NCBI GenBank assembly: GCA_964384105.1
Contig: CAYLJV010000001.1
Coordinates: 32,001 to 96,000, forward strand
Direction: 5' to 3'
Length of the DNA stretch: 64,000 nucleotides
Source of the DNA: Candidatus Hadarchaeota archaeon
GTDB lineage: Archaea; Hadarchaeota; Hadarchaeia; Hadarchaeales; JAGGTB01
Shown: positions 8,774-19,018 of the stretch, one piece after another
Numbering within the stretch: the first letter of the stretch is position 1
Layout of the letters: each line of letters opens with the position of its first letter
The notes under the pieces: model-generated
The model's input: the letters and a program-made list of their open reading frames with translations, nothing else
Told to the model about the DNA's origin: nothing
The model's database searches: none
Translations under genes and position numbers: made by a program

Positions 8774-8935
8774 ATGCCTGAAAGTAAAAAAGCCGAGTCC
8801 GGTGGTTTACCCAGGCGCTCTAAGTTAAAAGAAATTGAACCTGTAAGAGAGTCTAGTGGTATAGATCTTATTGCGTTAATTTTATTGTTCGTAGCTTTAG
8901 TTGCTAATATAGTAGTACTACTTTCTTTGTTGTGA
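8774..8935 (+). CDS. Small (53 aa) C-terminally anchored membrane protein; below ORF-track cut-off
   Basis: ATG..TGA gives MPESKKAESGGLPRRSKLKEIEPVRESSGIDLIALILLFVALVANIVVLLSLL; AT-rich promoter-like region upstream and T-run downstream. Confidence 0.6.
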   Translation: MPESKKAESGGLPRRSKLKEIEPVRESSGIDLIALILLFVALVANIVVLLSLL

Positions 8936-9018
8936 TCTTTTTTCTTAGTGTTGTTCTCTCGCTGTTGGTTTCTTCTGGATTCGTAGATGTCTGTGTCTGG
9001 TAATAGGGGGTTTAAAAA

Positions 9019-9330
9019 CTAGCCTTCGTTTTCTTCTTTGGATTTTTCATTTTTACCTTTTTCAAGTACTTTTGCGACTTCGTATCCCGCTAGTATGCTT
9101 AGACCCACAATAGTAAAGAAGGCTATCTGTGACCAAATCAGTCCAGAAGTTTTGTATATGGAGTAAGTTGCACCCCTATAAATTAGAAATGCACCGAAAA
9201 CAGCTCTTATCGCTCTGAATGTGTGTGGGAGAGGAGAGCCTTTGAAGTAGTAGATAATAGAGAATATAGCCTCTGCGATTAAAAAAATACCTATAAAAAT
9301 GAGTATGTTAGACCCTAGTACCACTACCAT
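9019..9330 (-). CDS. Hypothetical membrane protein (3 TM)
   Basis: Hydrophobic segments with charged C-terminal tail. Confidence 0.65.
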   Translation of the reverse strand: MVVVLGSNILIFIGIFLIAEAIFSIIYYFKGSPLPHTFRAIRAVFGAFLIYRGATYSIYKTSGLIWSQIAFFTIVGLSILAGYEVAKVLEKGKNEKSKEENEG

Positions 9331-9394
9331 TCTTTTTTCTTCTCCCTTGCCTGGTTGGACTTTTGGTTTTCGATGCGTAAATACTTATTATCGA

Positions 9395-9850
9395 TCAGAG
9401 GCCGCCAGATTTCTTTCTTCTGGTTCTTCTTCCTTTAAATATTCCAGATTCTCCTACAAGGTACATCATTATCGCTGAGATAAGCCCTATTACTATTCCT
9501 GCAATTACTAGGTAGAGTCCCCATCCGGTAGAAAGTACTTCCGGGATATCGGATGTGAAGATTAACACACCTATCAGGGCTAATATTCCACCGATTATAC
9601 CGAGTCCAGAATCTACGATTGGTTTCATGTTTTCTAATGCTCTACTGTGGAACAGATCATATCCTATCATTGATCCGATAATTGATATCCATCCACCTAA
9701 GAATGTGAGAATTGCTTTATTATCTTCGAATCCTTTGACTTCTAGTGTTCCGGCTTTTGCCCACGGGAAGAAAAATCCGATTATCATAAGTATTCCGGCG
9801 ATTCCCATTAGTCCGATGAAAATCTTTCTATACAAATTCTTTTTAGCCAC
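9395..9850 (-). CDS. Hypothetical membrane protein (4 TM)
   Basis: GFFFPW motif after TM1, GWGLYL before TM4, basic C-terminal tail. Confidence 0.7.
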   Translation of the reverse strand: MAKKNLYRKIFIGLMGIAGILMIIGFFFPWAKAGTLEVKGFEDNKAILTFLGGWISIIGSMIGYDLFHSRALENMKPIVDSGLGIIGGILALIGVLIFTSDIPEVLSTGWGLYLVIAGIVIGLISAIMMYLVGESGIFKGRRTRRKKSGGL

Positions 9851-10011
9851 GAAAACACCTGTTACTCTCTTTTTCTTCTTTTTTTAAAGCCCTTTGGTTT
9901 TTCATTGTTTATATTACTTTCATTAATTTCTTCTTTTGGTGCTAAATCGAGGATTTTCGGCGGCCTAAGATATTTTTTCTTAAAAAATCCCCTTTTTCAA
10001 ACAGTAAATAG

Positions 10012-12921
10012 GTGGTATTCTTTCATTTTTTTTCTAAGAGAGTATTCATACTCTTATCAACTTCTATTATATTATTGGGATTTTCGGGTTGTTCTACTGC
10101 ATCTGAAAGTTGGGATAGAAATTGTGTGCACGATTTTCAAGGAGGATTAGAAGTTAAAGGCAATTTAGAAAATTTAACACTCTCGGAATCAGGGTATCTC
10201 CATCTTCCAGTTAAGAAGTATTTTGGAAATGATTTTGTTATAAGAGATTATAGGACTGATAATACGAAACTCACTTCTCGTGAAATAAAATTATCTTTTA
10301 GATTTGTCACTAAAAGTTCGAAAAAGTTGGTTAGAGTTCTTTTGAGGATATATCAACATGGCTCTGGTAGAACTTGGAATTTTAGGTTGGAAGATGACGA
10401 GATGGGAAAGCCCAGTGGAGATTTAGCTTGGCCGGGGGCTAGAGGTTCCGCTTATATAGACAGTAGTGGAAAGATCGAGATAGACCTAAGTTCTCCCGGT
10501 ACTGTGGAGCAGGGCAATGCCTATCATTTTGTTATTTCTGCTTCAGAATCTGTAAATTCTAACAGTTACATTAATCCGCATACACCTGCTGTGGCTAGTG
10601 AGAAAAAGGGAACAGGGGCATTTTATTCCAAAGATAGGGGTAATTCTTGGTCAAGTTTGTCCAGAGAACCTGTTTACGTCCTTTACTACTCTGACGGATC
10701 TGGTGAAGGTAATCCTTACTACATAGATGGCGTGTCTGAGGTTTATGGTAGTTCCAAGGATAAAGAAGCAAATTTTGTTGGTCAGGTTATTTCTCCGGGG
10801 TCTGAATCCGGGGAATTGCGAGATATCATGAATGTGGGTTTTATGGTTAGACGGAATGGTAATCCGAAAGATAACCTTTATTTTTGGATTTATGATCTTG
10901 CTGAGTCAGAATATTTGATCGACAATACTGTAATTTCAGACAATTCTGTAAGCGAGGAGGTTTTTGAATGGCAGGATGTAAGCTTTCAATCTTTAGACTT
11001 TGAAGCGAATAGAAATTATCTTTTTTACCTCTCATCGCCAGGTTCTGGGGAGGCCGGTTATGAGTTGAAGACCTGTAAATCATACTCAGCTAATCTCTGG
11101 TCCAATCTGACTTACGGTGGAAGAAGTTCTCTTTTTGTAGAAAGTAGGAGCTCTGGAGAAGCCAGATTAGGTGAGGATATTTTTGGAGTCAGTGGAATAA
11201 TCTTCGAGAAGGAAAAAAATGAGGATCTAACTTTTAGGATAGGATCCGAGGCTCCATTCAAACGCGGAGTTTACACTTCACCTGTTATAGATGCTAAAAA
11301 AGAATTTGGTGCAGAAGAACATGTGGGCTGGAAAAGGATATATCCAGATTTTAGCGTTCCGGAAAATACTCTTATTCAGATAGAAACGAGGAGCGGGGAT
11401 TGGGCAGGACATGATGTTACTTGGAATGGCTGGAAGGAAATTTCAAGTTCTGGTGAGATATTTTCTTCTGATTCCAGATATCTGCAATATCGAGCTACCT
11501 TTGCGAGATCCGAAAACTTGGGTTCCCCAGTTTTGAGGGAAATAAAAGTTGAGGTTGAGGATGTTGTAGGTCCTTCTTTTTTGGATTTTTCTCCGGTTGA
11601 GGGCGAAGTTATTGCAAAAAGAAACCCTGAAATCCGAGTTTCGACTTCGGACGATTTTTCCGGAGTTGATCATGGAAAGGTCAGGATGTGGATTAACGGT
11701 GATGAGGTTTTAACCAGTTTTGATGCGGGCAACAGGGAGATCAGATATAATATTTTTAGGCATTTTGAGATGGAGAACATTGAGGTTAAGCTTCGTGTTT
11801 TTGATAGGGCTGGAAATAGTGCGACTAGATCTTGGCACTTTAAAATTGATAGAAAAGCTGTAACTCGCCATCTTACTAAAAAAACTTTCTTAAAAGGCTC
11901 AAGCGAGGGAGTTAGGTATGAACCCGTCTCGGATATTCTATCGCTTGAGAATTCATCTGATGGTTACCATAGCGAGGGAAATTTCGTTTCCCCAATTTTT
12001 GATGTAGGGACACAGGTTGGGTGGGGTCAATTTTGGATGGATAGAAAGGTTTCCGAAGGAACGGGCACTTTTATCGAATTCAGATCTTCTGTCGATAATT
12101 TGAATTGGTCCGATTGGGTGACTCTTGGCAGTAATAAAATTATACCGGGTGTTAGAGGTAGATTTTTTCAATACAGAATAAGTCTTTTTACAGACGATAA
12201 GCGAGAGACTCCGGAGCTTCGAAGAATAGGCGTTGCAGGCTTCGATGTGATAGAGCCCGAGGTTGAGCCGATCTCCTCGCTTTTTGGGGGCTCCACGAAT
12301 TCTTCCAGACCTCTTTTTTCTGTCCACGTTGCGGATGATCTATCTGGGATTTCCATTTCCCGAGTGAAGGCCGGGGTAGATGGAACTGAAATCGAAGGTC
12401 TTGAGTTTGATCGGGAGAACAACAGAGTCTGGTTTCGGCCTAAAGATCCCCTTTCAGAAGGGCGACACACGTTTTCTCTGTATGTTGAGGATAGAGAAGG
12501 AAACTCTTCGAGTAATACTTGGCAATTTCGGATTGACATTACCGAGCCTGAATTGAAAGTAAGCTTTCCTATCTCGGGTTATGAGACAGATAAGAAAGGT
12601 ATTCCAGTAAGGGGAATAGTTTCTGAACCTTCTGCGAAGGTGTTTGTAGAGGGCTCCAGAGCTGTGGTAAAGGATGGTTGCTTTGAAGAAAATGTTATGC
12701 TTTTTGAAGAAAATAACAAGATCACTGTCGTAGCAGTTGATAATGCAGGTAATAGATCAAAGGAGACCGTTACAGTAAACTATGTTGATTCTATTTGGAT
12801 ACTGGAAAATCTTGAAATATTTGCCTATGCAGTTTTTGGCCTAATTATCGGATTTTTACTTTCTCATTTTGATATCAGGACAATAATTTCTAAAAAAATT
12901 GATTTTCTGAATTCTAGGTGA
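10012..12921 (+). CDS. Large secreted, C-terminally anchored surface protein with repeated beta modules and Ig-like domains
   Basis: N-terminal signal; two G.(F/Y).SP..D...W...RS.....W..W...QYR....P.L..I modules; Ig-like D..GN repeats; C-terminal TM. Confidence 0.8.
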   Translation: MVFFHFFSKRVFILLSTSIILLGFSGCSTASESWDRNCVHDFQGGLEVKGNLENLTLSESGYLHLPVKKYFGNDFVIRDYRTDNTKLTSREIKLSFRFVTKSSKKLVRVLLRIYQHGSGRTWNFRLEDDEMGKPSGDLAWPGARGSAYIDSSGKIEIDLSSPGTVEQGNAYHFVISASESVNSNSYINPHTPAVASEKKGTGAFYSKDRGNSWSSLSREPVYVLYYSDGSGEGNPYYIDGVSEVYGSSKDKEANFVGQVISPGSESGELRDIMNVGFMVRRNGNPKDNLYFWIYDLAESEYLIDNTVISDNSVSEEVFEWQDVSFQSLDFEANRNYLFYLSSPGSGEAGYELKTCKSYSANLWSNLTYGGRSSLFVESRSSGEARLGEDIFGVSGIIFEKEKNEDLTFRIGSEAPFKRGVYTSPVIDAKKEFGAEEHVGWKRIYPDFSVPENTLIQIETRSGDWAGHDVTWNGWKEISSSGEIFSSDSRYLQYRATFARSENLGSPVLREIKVEVEDVVGPSFLDFSPVEGEVIAKRNPEIRVSTSDDFSGVDHGKVRMWINGDEVLTSFDAGNREIRYNIFRHFEMENIEVKLRVFDRAGNSATRSWHFKIDRKAVTRHLTKKTFLKGSSEGVRYEPVSDILSLENSSDGYHSEGNFVSPIFDVGTQVGWGQFWMDRKVSEGTGTFIEFRSSVDNLNWSDWVTLGSNKIIPGVRGRFFQYRISLFTDDKRETPELRRIGVAGFDVIEPEVEPISSLFGGSTNSSRPLFSVHVADDLSGISISRVKAGVDGTEIEGLEFDRENNRVWFRPKDPLSEGRHTFSLYVEDREGNSSSNTWQFRIDITEPELKVSFPISGYETDKKGIPVRGIVSEPSAKVFVEGSRAVVKDGCFEENVMLFEENNKITVVAVDNAGNRSKETVTVNYVDSIWILENLEIFAYAVFGLIIGFLLSHFDIRTIISKKIDFLNSR

Positions 12922-15900
12922 TCCTTCTGAAAAGGTTGTTATCTCTTATTGTGATTTTTCTTGTTTCGCTTTCATTTATTCAGGTAGTTTCTGCTGATTC
13001 TATCGACCTTGATTTTGATAATCCAGATGTATATTTTGAAAATATTGAAATGGGATCTTCAGAAAATGAAGATTTTCTTTTTTTGGACAGCAAAATAGAA
13101 GTTTGGAACCAGACGGTGTGGGAAGAAAATGTCGGATACTCCTTTAAGGAGAATATAGTTGTTGGAGAAAAACTTTCTTTAAGATCGATCGGTTCTAGAA
13201 GTGTCGCGGATCATATAGTCATATCCGAAATCTGTGTTGGTACGAAGGATTCCACTGAGGAATATGTTGAACTTTACAATCCTGATAGTTCTCCCGAAAA
13301 TTTGAAATCTTTGACTAGGAGCGGGAATGGAGAACTCGACCTGAAGTTTTTGAATTCTGATAATTCTTTTGTTAGTAAGGAAATAAAGTGGATCAACGAC
13401 TTGATACCTCCACACGGATATTTTCTCTTTGGCAGTGATAATTCTGTCTCCGGAACAGAAGCTGACGCTGTATTTTCTGAGGACTTGTCCAGACGAGGTG
13501 CAGTGAAGATTTCTGATGAAGAGGGAATAGTCTTGGACAAAGTTGGGTGGGGTTCACCGATTCCGAGTAGCGCGTTTGAGGGTACCGGAATTTCAAAGGA
13601 ATTGAAGACTGGAGAGAGTATCGAAAGAAAATCCAAAATGAATTCCACGGAGGCGGGAATGAAATTTGAGAATAATAATTATGGAAATGGATACGATTCA
13701 GATAATAATTCAAATGATTTTGTCTTTCATGAGGATTTCTATAGCCCAAATAATGATAACTCCGAGGCGGGGTATTCAAAATCTTTTTCATATTTTAAAT
13801 CAGGTTTCTTACAGTCTCCTACTTTCAGTATCGGTGAGTCCATGGAGTGGGAAAATTTGGAGTGGACTGAAACCGAACCTTTCTTTGGATTACGTTCACC
13901 GGAAAATCTAGTAGTCGATGATAGGAGATTGAACGAAGGCTTCCTGTTGGAGAATATTGTGGGATCCGATAATGAAGATAATTTTTCCTCTGAGATTTCT
14001 GAGATATCTCAGAACAGGAATGTCGTTTCTAACTCCGAATTCGAAAATTGGTCTTCAGGTTCTCCAGTTGGTTGGGACTCATATTTTCTTGAGCAAGATA
14101 AAGCAGATGATCTGAGTATAGAAGAGGAGGGTGGCTCTTTGGAGATTAAGTGTCAAGCATCTTTACCTGGCTTGATCGGAGGTGGGGTGGAACAAAATGT
14201 CTGCGAGGAAAATATTACTCATGAAAATGAACCTGAATTGAATTACTCCGTTTTCTATAACTACGGGAGTGATACCGAGAACCTTAATCTCAGAGGAGGT
14301 GCTCTGGAGGTCGAACTCTGTTCTGGCGAGAGGTTGAGATACGTTGACTGGTACGAGGATAACAACATTCCAGAAAATAGAGAGAACTTGAAGTACATCG
14401 ATTTTGGGAACTTAGGATACAGAAGTTGGAGAGATCATAATGTAAATCTTCATAGCGGTTTGGAGAAAGCATTTGGTAGTCGATATGGTTGTATCGAGTG
14501 GATCAGACTACTCAACATAGAAAACAACGAAAATGGCCGAGGTTCAAATGTCCAGTGGTTTTTTGACAATATTGGCTTGATCTCCGAGTTTCGTGGAGAA
14601 ATAAATAGAACAATTCTTCGAAACTTTTCAGAGCCTATTTCTGGTAGGTCCAGGAATGTGGATAATTTGTATATTCCCTTGAGTATTTCTACCTTCGAAA
14701 ATTCCGTAAATTACCGTTTTAGTTTATATGATTGGTCCAGTAAAGATTGGAAATTTTTGGGATCGGGAACAGCGGGGGCTTCGGGTTCTAAAAGATTTTT
14801 TGAAATTTCGGAGAACAATAAAAGATATTTTTCGGAAAATAAAGTTGTTCTTACTACACTGGTTGCCGAAAATTCCCTTAGTCCCTTCTCGGTCTCGGTT
14901 GATGATCTGGATTATATTGTCGATTATAGACCCTCTGCATATGTTAATTCTTTCGAAAATTTCGATGGCGAGGTTTTGGGCTCTACTTCTGCGGATGTTT
15001 ATTTTAGAACGAGTTCGGATTCTGAAAACTGGTCAGCTTGGAAAGGTCCTTTTGAAGACCCTAATAGAGAGATTGGTCTATTAGAAAATAATTATTTTCA
15101 GTACAAAGTCACTTTTGAGAGTGAGAGTTCTTTTATAACTCCTACTTTGAGTGATATTAAATTGTCTTATATAATCCCATCTAGTAGTGGCGCTTTCATC
15201 TCTAAACCATTTAAAATGGGATATGTTTCTGAACTCGAATTTGACTGGCTTTTGAAGAATCGATCTGGTTCATTGGATTTTAGGTTCCGAAGTTCTGAGA
15301 ATGGAGATGAGTGGACAGATTGGTCCGAGCCGTTAACGCAAGGTTCTGTTGTGGGGAGCTCCATTTATGGAAAAAAGTTCTTTCAGGTCAGAGCCGATTT
15401 TTATAGGAAAGGGGGGAGGAAACCTTCTCCTATTCTAAAAAAATTCGAAATCTCCTACGTCCCAGATTCTGAACCACCGAAGATCAAGATTTTGGATAGA
15501 GCGAGCACAGAAACTATGGCCAGAGTTGCCGCTAGGATTTCGGATAATAGTGGTGTTTCAAGAGAGGATATAGAGTTTCTTATAGACGGCTGCGAAGTTC
15601 AACCGCATTACGATTCTAAGGGTGGAGAAATTTGGACCCGGATAGCCCTGGATGATGGTATTCACTCATTCTTTCTTGGAACCGCGGATGTTCACGGTCA
15701 GAAGGGCGAGAGATCTTGGGATTTTACAGTTAATTCCGAACCACCAGAGGCACCTCGATTGGATAATCTTCCTACTTTCGTGAATTCTGATGAGCTTCAA
15801 GTCACCGGGAGTATAGATTTAATGAAGAATTTTGGGGAATCTTGGAGCGATTTACCAGCGGATCCACCTGTGGGAGTTGGAAGTTGCAACGGGCACAGAC

Positions 15901-17546
15901 TAGCCGTCACTAATGGTATGATCTATTTCTGGCCGGCTTATGGAGGGTCTCCGGGAGAAAAAGGAGAAGTTCTCCGAGATTTCTATAGGTACAACCCTGT
16001 TAGAAATGCTTGGAAGAGACTTGAGAACGCTCCTTTTGGCAGTGGATATGGCCTAGCTACTTCTTCTGGTATAACGCCTTCTGGGGATAACGCAGTATAC
16101 ATACTCAAAGGAAGTCCTTTTGGTCAGAAATCTTGGTTCGCCAGGTATACTCAAGAGAGTGGTTGGAAAATGCTGAACCACCGGATTCCTTTCGAGAAGT
16201 CCTCTACATCGAGTCAGAGTCATCCCCGAAATGGCTCCACTTTGGTTTGGGACGGGGAAAATCATATCTACCTTTTTCCCGGATCAAGTTATTCTCATCC
16301 GGGGCAGACGGATTGGTACCGATACTCTATTCCGGAGGATTCTTGGGAATTTATGGGTCAGTTGCCTCACTGGAATGGCCCGGGTAACGCCGCGGTTTTA
16401 GTGAAGCGGGACAATAAAGAGTACATCTATGCTATGATCGGAATGTATCATTTTGGAGAACCCTACTTCGGAGGTTACAATCTCCTTGGTAGCATTGACA
16501 ATTATAACGGTACAAAGTTTGCTAGATACGACCTCGACTCCGAAGAATGGAATGTTATAGATAACTGTGGCCCTGATTCGGATCATAAATATGGGGCAGA
16601 TGATGCGTCTTCTTTAGTTTGGACCGGTGGTGATTATATCTATCATACTCCAGGTGCATACGAGGAGACGGTGACGGATTTGGAGAGGTTCAACCAGAAG
16701 AGAAAGTTCATGCGTTACTGCATGGAGACCGGTGAGTGGGAGGAACTAGGTGAGACATTTTACAGTGAGTATGGTGGATGGGACGATGGGGGTGGGGTCG
16801 TGTTTGTGGATAACAAAATATATGGCCTCAAGGGTGGAGATGACGTAGCGAGAATCCACGACTTTGAAGTGGTTGGTGGAGGTGGTGTCTCATCAAACGA
16901 GTTCTGGAGTTATTCTTTACCGAAGAGTGCTAGGTCGGTGAAGAATTTGATTTGGATATATCGGGATAATAAACGCTTGGCACAGGTACCCGTCGATGAG
17001 TCTGGTTGTTTCAGCGAAAATATAAAACTCGAATTGACTCATTTCAATTCTATTAGGGCGAGGTCCGTTGATCTGGATGGAAATCCCGGTGAATTTTCCA
17101 AGGTCCAGAGAGTGAAAGTTGATTCGGTTCCTCCCGAAGTTATTATCGAATCTCCTTCCTCTGGATTTTTCCGCCGTGATGGGAATTTAAAATTAGTTGG
17201 TCGTGTTTCTGATTCTAACTTGAAAAACGCTGGTGTGAGCGTTAATGGGAAGGAAAAACCTCTGGAAGTTGATAAAGACCAGTTTGAGATATTATTGGAT
17301 TTGGACAGTGGAGGAAATTTGATCAGTGTTTGGGCCGTGGATTCGGCTGGGAATATGGGGGAGGATAATATAATTGGTAATTTTTCATTTTCCCAAACCT
17401 GTAGTTCTCCTTCGGAGCAGGAGCGATGGTATAAGGAGTTCTCAGAATTTCCTAAAAATAAGATTTTAATACCGATTTTTACACTAATTTCGCTTCTTTC
17501 TGTGGTAATTTATAAGTCAGGACCATTTCAGAATTTATTCTCTTAA
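12918..17546 (+). CDS. Giant surface protein: lamin-tail domain, Kelch-like beta-propeller, Ig-like domains, C-terminal TM anchor
   Basis: Signal peptide; HIVISEI..EYVELYNP..IPPHGYFL..DKVGWG..SIER (LTD); repeated IY..G..F.RY....W blades; C-terminal hydrophobic helix. Confidence 0.82.
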   Translation: MILLKRLLSLIVIFLVSLSFIQVVSADSIDLDFDNPDVYFENIEMGSSENEDFLFLDSKIEVWNQTVWEENVGYSFKENIVVGEKLSLRSIGSRSVADHIVISEICVGTKDSTEEYVELYNPDSSPENLKSLTRSGNGELDLKFLNSDNSFVSKEIKWINDLIPPHGYFLFGSDNSVSGTEADAVFSEDLSRRGAVKISDEEGIVLDKVGWGSPIPSSAFEGTGISKELKTGESIERKSKMNSTEAGMKFENNNYGNGYDSDNNSNDFVFHEDFYSPNNDNSEAGYSKSFSYFKSGFLQSPTFSIGESMEWENLEWTETEPFFGLRSPENLVVDDRRLNEGFLLENIVGSDNEDNFSSEISEISQNRNVVSNSEFENWSSGSPVGWDSYFLEQDKADDLSIEEEGGSLEIKCQASLPGLIGGGVEQNVCEENITHENEPELNYSVFYNYGSDTENLNLRGGALEVELCSGERLRYVDWYEDNNIPENRENLKYIDFGNLGYRSWRDHNVNLHSGLEKAFGSRYGCIEWIRLLNIENNENGRGSNVQWFFDNIGLISEFRGEINRTILRNFSEPISGRSRNVDNLYIPLSISTFENSVNYRFSLYDWSSKDWKFLGSGTAGASGSKRFFEISENNKRYFSENKVVLTTLVAENSLSPFSVSVDDLDYIVDYRPSAYVNSFENFDGEVLGSTSADVYFRTSSDSENWSAWKGPFEDPNREIGLLENNYFQYKVTFESESSFITPTLSDIKLSYIIPSSSGAFISKPFKMGYVSELEFDWLLKNRSGSLDFRFRSSENGDEWTDWSEPLTQGSVVGSSIYGKKFFQVRADFYRKGGRKPSPILKKFEISYVPDSEPPKIKILDRASTETMARVAARISDNSGVSREDIEFLIDGCEVQPHYDSKGGEIWTRIALDDGIHSFFLGTADVHGQKGERSWDFTVNSEPPEAPRLDNLPTFVNSDELQVTGSIDLMKNFGESWSDLPADPPVGVGSCNGHRLAVTNGMIYFWPAYGGSPGEKGEVLRDFYRYNPVRNAWKRLENAPFGSGYGLATSSGITPSGDNAVYILKGSPFGQKSWFARYTQESGWKMLNHRIPFEKSSTSSQSHPRNGSTLVWDGENHIYLFPGSSYSHPGQTDWYRYSIPEDSWEFMGQLPHWNGPGNAAVLVKRDNKEYIYAMIGMYHFGEPYFGGYNLLGSIDNYNGTKFARYDLDSEEWNVIDNCGPDSDHKYGADDASSLVWTGGDYIYHTPGAYEETVTDLERFNQKRKFMRYCMETGEWEELGETFYSEYGGWDDGGGVVFVDNKIYGLKGGDDVARIHDFEVVGGGGVSSNEFWSYSLPKSARSVKNLIWIYRDNKRLAQVPVDESGCFSENIKLELTHFNSIRARSVDLDGNPGEFSKVQRVKVDSVPPEVIIESPSSGFFRRDGNLKLVGRVSDSNLKNAGVSVNGKEKPLEVDKDQFEILLDLDSGGNLISVWAVDSAGNMGEDNIIGNFSFSQTCSSPSEQERWYKEFSEFPKNKILIPIFTLISLLSVVIYKSGPFQNLFS

Positions 17547-18092
17547 GTATAGATTATTTCCTTTGGTGTCTATTCCCACAGTTAATGGTCCGAAATTTTT
17601 CACTTTTAGTACCCATATTGCTTCTACTACACTCAGGTCCTCCCATATTACTTTCTCTATAGATTTTATCGATTTCGCTGCTAGAGCGGCTGCTCCCCCG
17701 GGAAATGAAAGATAAACACATTTTAAAGAGGGAAGTTCAGAAGCGACTTTTTTACCAACTCCTCCCTTTCCTATTATGGCTTTAACACCGGTTGTTTTTA
17801 GAAAATCTACCTGAATGCTGTCTAATCTTGCACTTGTAGTAGGTCCCGCCGAAATTATCTCCCATCCATCTTTTGTAGATTTTGTGAGGGGTCCACAGTG
17901 GTAAATCACTCCGTTTTTGAGATTGACAGGTATTTTTTTTCCTTCTTTGGAAAAATCCAGTACCCTTTTATAGGCTTTGTCTCTTGCAGTGAATATCTCG
18001 CCCGAAATTTGTACTATATCCCCGGCTTCTAGGTTTTGGACCTCTTTTTCTGTTAGAGGAGTCTTTAGCGTCTTGATGTTCTCTTTGTTCAC
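17535..18092 (-). CDS. Class I fumarate hydratase / L-tartrate dehydratase beta subunit
   Basis: TARDKA, YHCGP, AGPTTSAR, IGKGG. Confidence 0.9.
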   Translation of the reverse strand: MNKENIKTLKTPLTEKEVQNLEAGDIVQISGEIFTARDKAYKRVLDFSKEGKKIPVNLKNGVIYHCGPLTKSTKDGWEIISAGPTTSARLDSIQVDFLKTTGVKAIIGKGGVGKKVASELPSLKCVYLSFPGGAAALAAKSIKSIEKVIWEDLSVVEAIWVLKVKNFGPLTVGIDTKGNNLYLRE

Positions 18093-18961
18093 TTCGGCAC
18101 CCTTATTTTAAATTCTCCATCTGAAAAGCTGGCTTTGGCTCTCCGAGCCGCCCAACATTGAAAATTGACCGCTACTGGGAGACTAGCGGTGTGGCATCCG
18201 GCTTTTTCTATTCTTGTTCCTAAAACCGTTGTTTTTCCTCCCAGTCCCATTGGCCCGATTTCTAGCTCGTTTGCCGATTTCGTGATTTTTTCTTCCATTT
18301 TTCTAAGGTTTCTGTCCTCATTTTCTTCATCTAATGGTCTTAGAAGAGCTTTTTTTGCCAAGAAACTTGCCTTGTCAGAAGTCCCTCCGATTCCTATACC
18401 TACTATAGAAGGTGGACAAATCTGACCTTCAGCTTTATCTATCAGTTGAACGGCTCTTTCTATTATCTCATCTTCTGTGTCTGTAGGATTTAGCATGTAA
18501 AGTCTGCTCCAGTTTTCGCTTCCGGCTCCTTTTAACATTAGTTCGATTTCAAATTCCTCTTTTGACTGTATTTCTGTGTAAACAAGCGGATGTCCTCTTC
18601 CTGTATTGTTTCCTGAATTCTCCCTGGTAAGTGGGTCGACGACGTTGGGTCTTAGTGGAATAGATTCCGTTGCTTTTAATATGGATTCTTTAATGGCCTC
18701 CCTTACATTAAATCCGATTTTTCGAAAATTATTTATTTTCAAGAAGAAAATAGGAAGTCCTGTATCTTGACATAGAGGCTTTTTTTCCTTTTTTGCTATT
18801 TTTGTGTTTTCTAGTATGGCTTCTAACTGCTTTTTAGCTATAGGCTTCTTTTCAATTTTCAGTGATTTTTTCAGTCTTTCAAAGACATCTTTCGGAATTC
18901 TAGTTGCTGCAAGTGTTAACATCTCTTCTATTGTCCTTCGAAATTCTTCCTTTGTTATCAT
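18089..18961 (-). CDS. Class I fumarate hydratase / L-tartrate dehydratase alpha subunit (Fe-S)
   Basis: PLCQDTG, KGAGSEN, CPP, GPMGLGGKTT, CHTASLPVAVN.QCWAAR. Confidence 0.92.
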   Translation of the reverse strand: MITKEEFRRTIEEMLTLAATRIPKDVFERLKKSLKIEKKPIAKKQLEAILENTKIAKKEKKPLCQDTGLPIFFLKINNFRKIGFNVREAIKESILKATESIPLRPNVVDPLTRENSGNNTGRGHPLVYTEIQSKEEFEIELMLKGAGSENWSRLYMLNPTDTEDEIIERAVQLIDKAEGQICPPSIVGIGIGGTSDKASFLAKKALLRPLDEENEDRNLRKMEEKITKSANELEIGPMGLGGKTTVLGTRIEKAGCHTASLPVAVNFQCWAARRAKASFSDGEFKIRVPK

Positions 18962-19018
18962 CGGTAGACCCGATTTCTTGATAAGTTTTGAAAGATAAAA
19001 AATGTTAGAGGGGTTTCT

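Noticed and set aside
8774-8935. Sec61beta/SecG assignment for the 53-aa protein
   Set aside because: Size and topology fit, but the AGL.R(Y/F) motif and conserved Pro before the TM are absent
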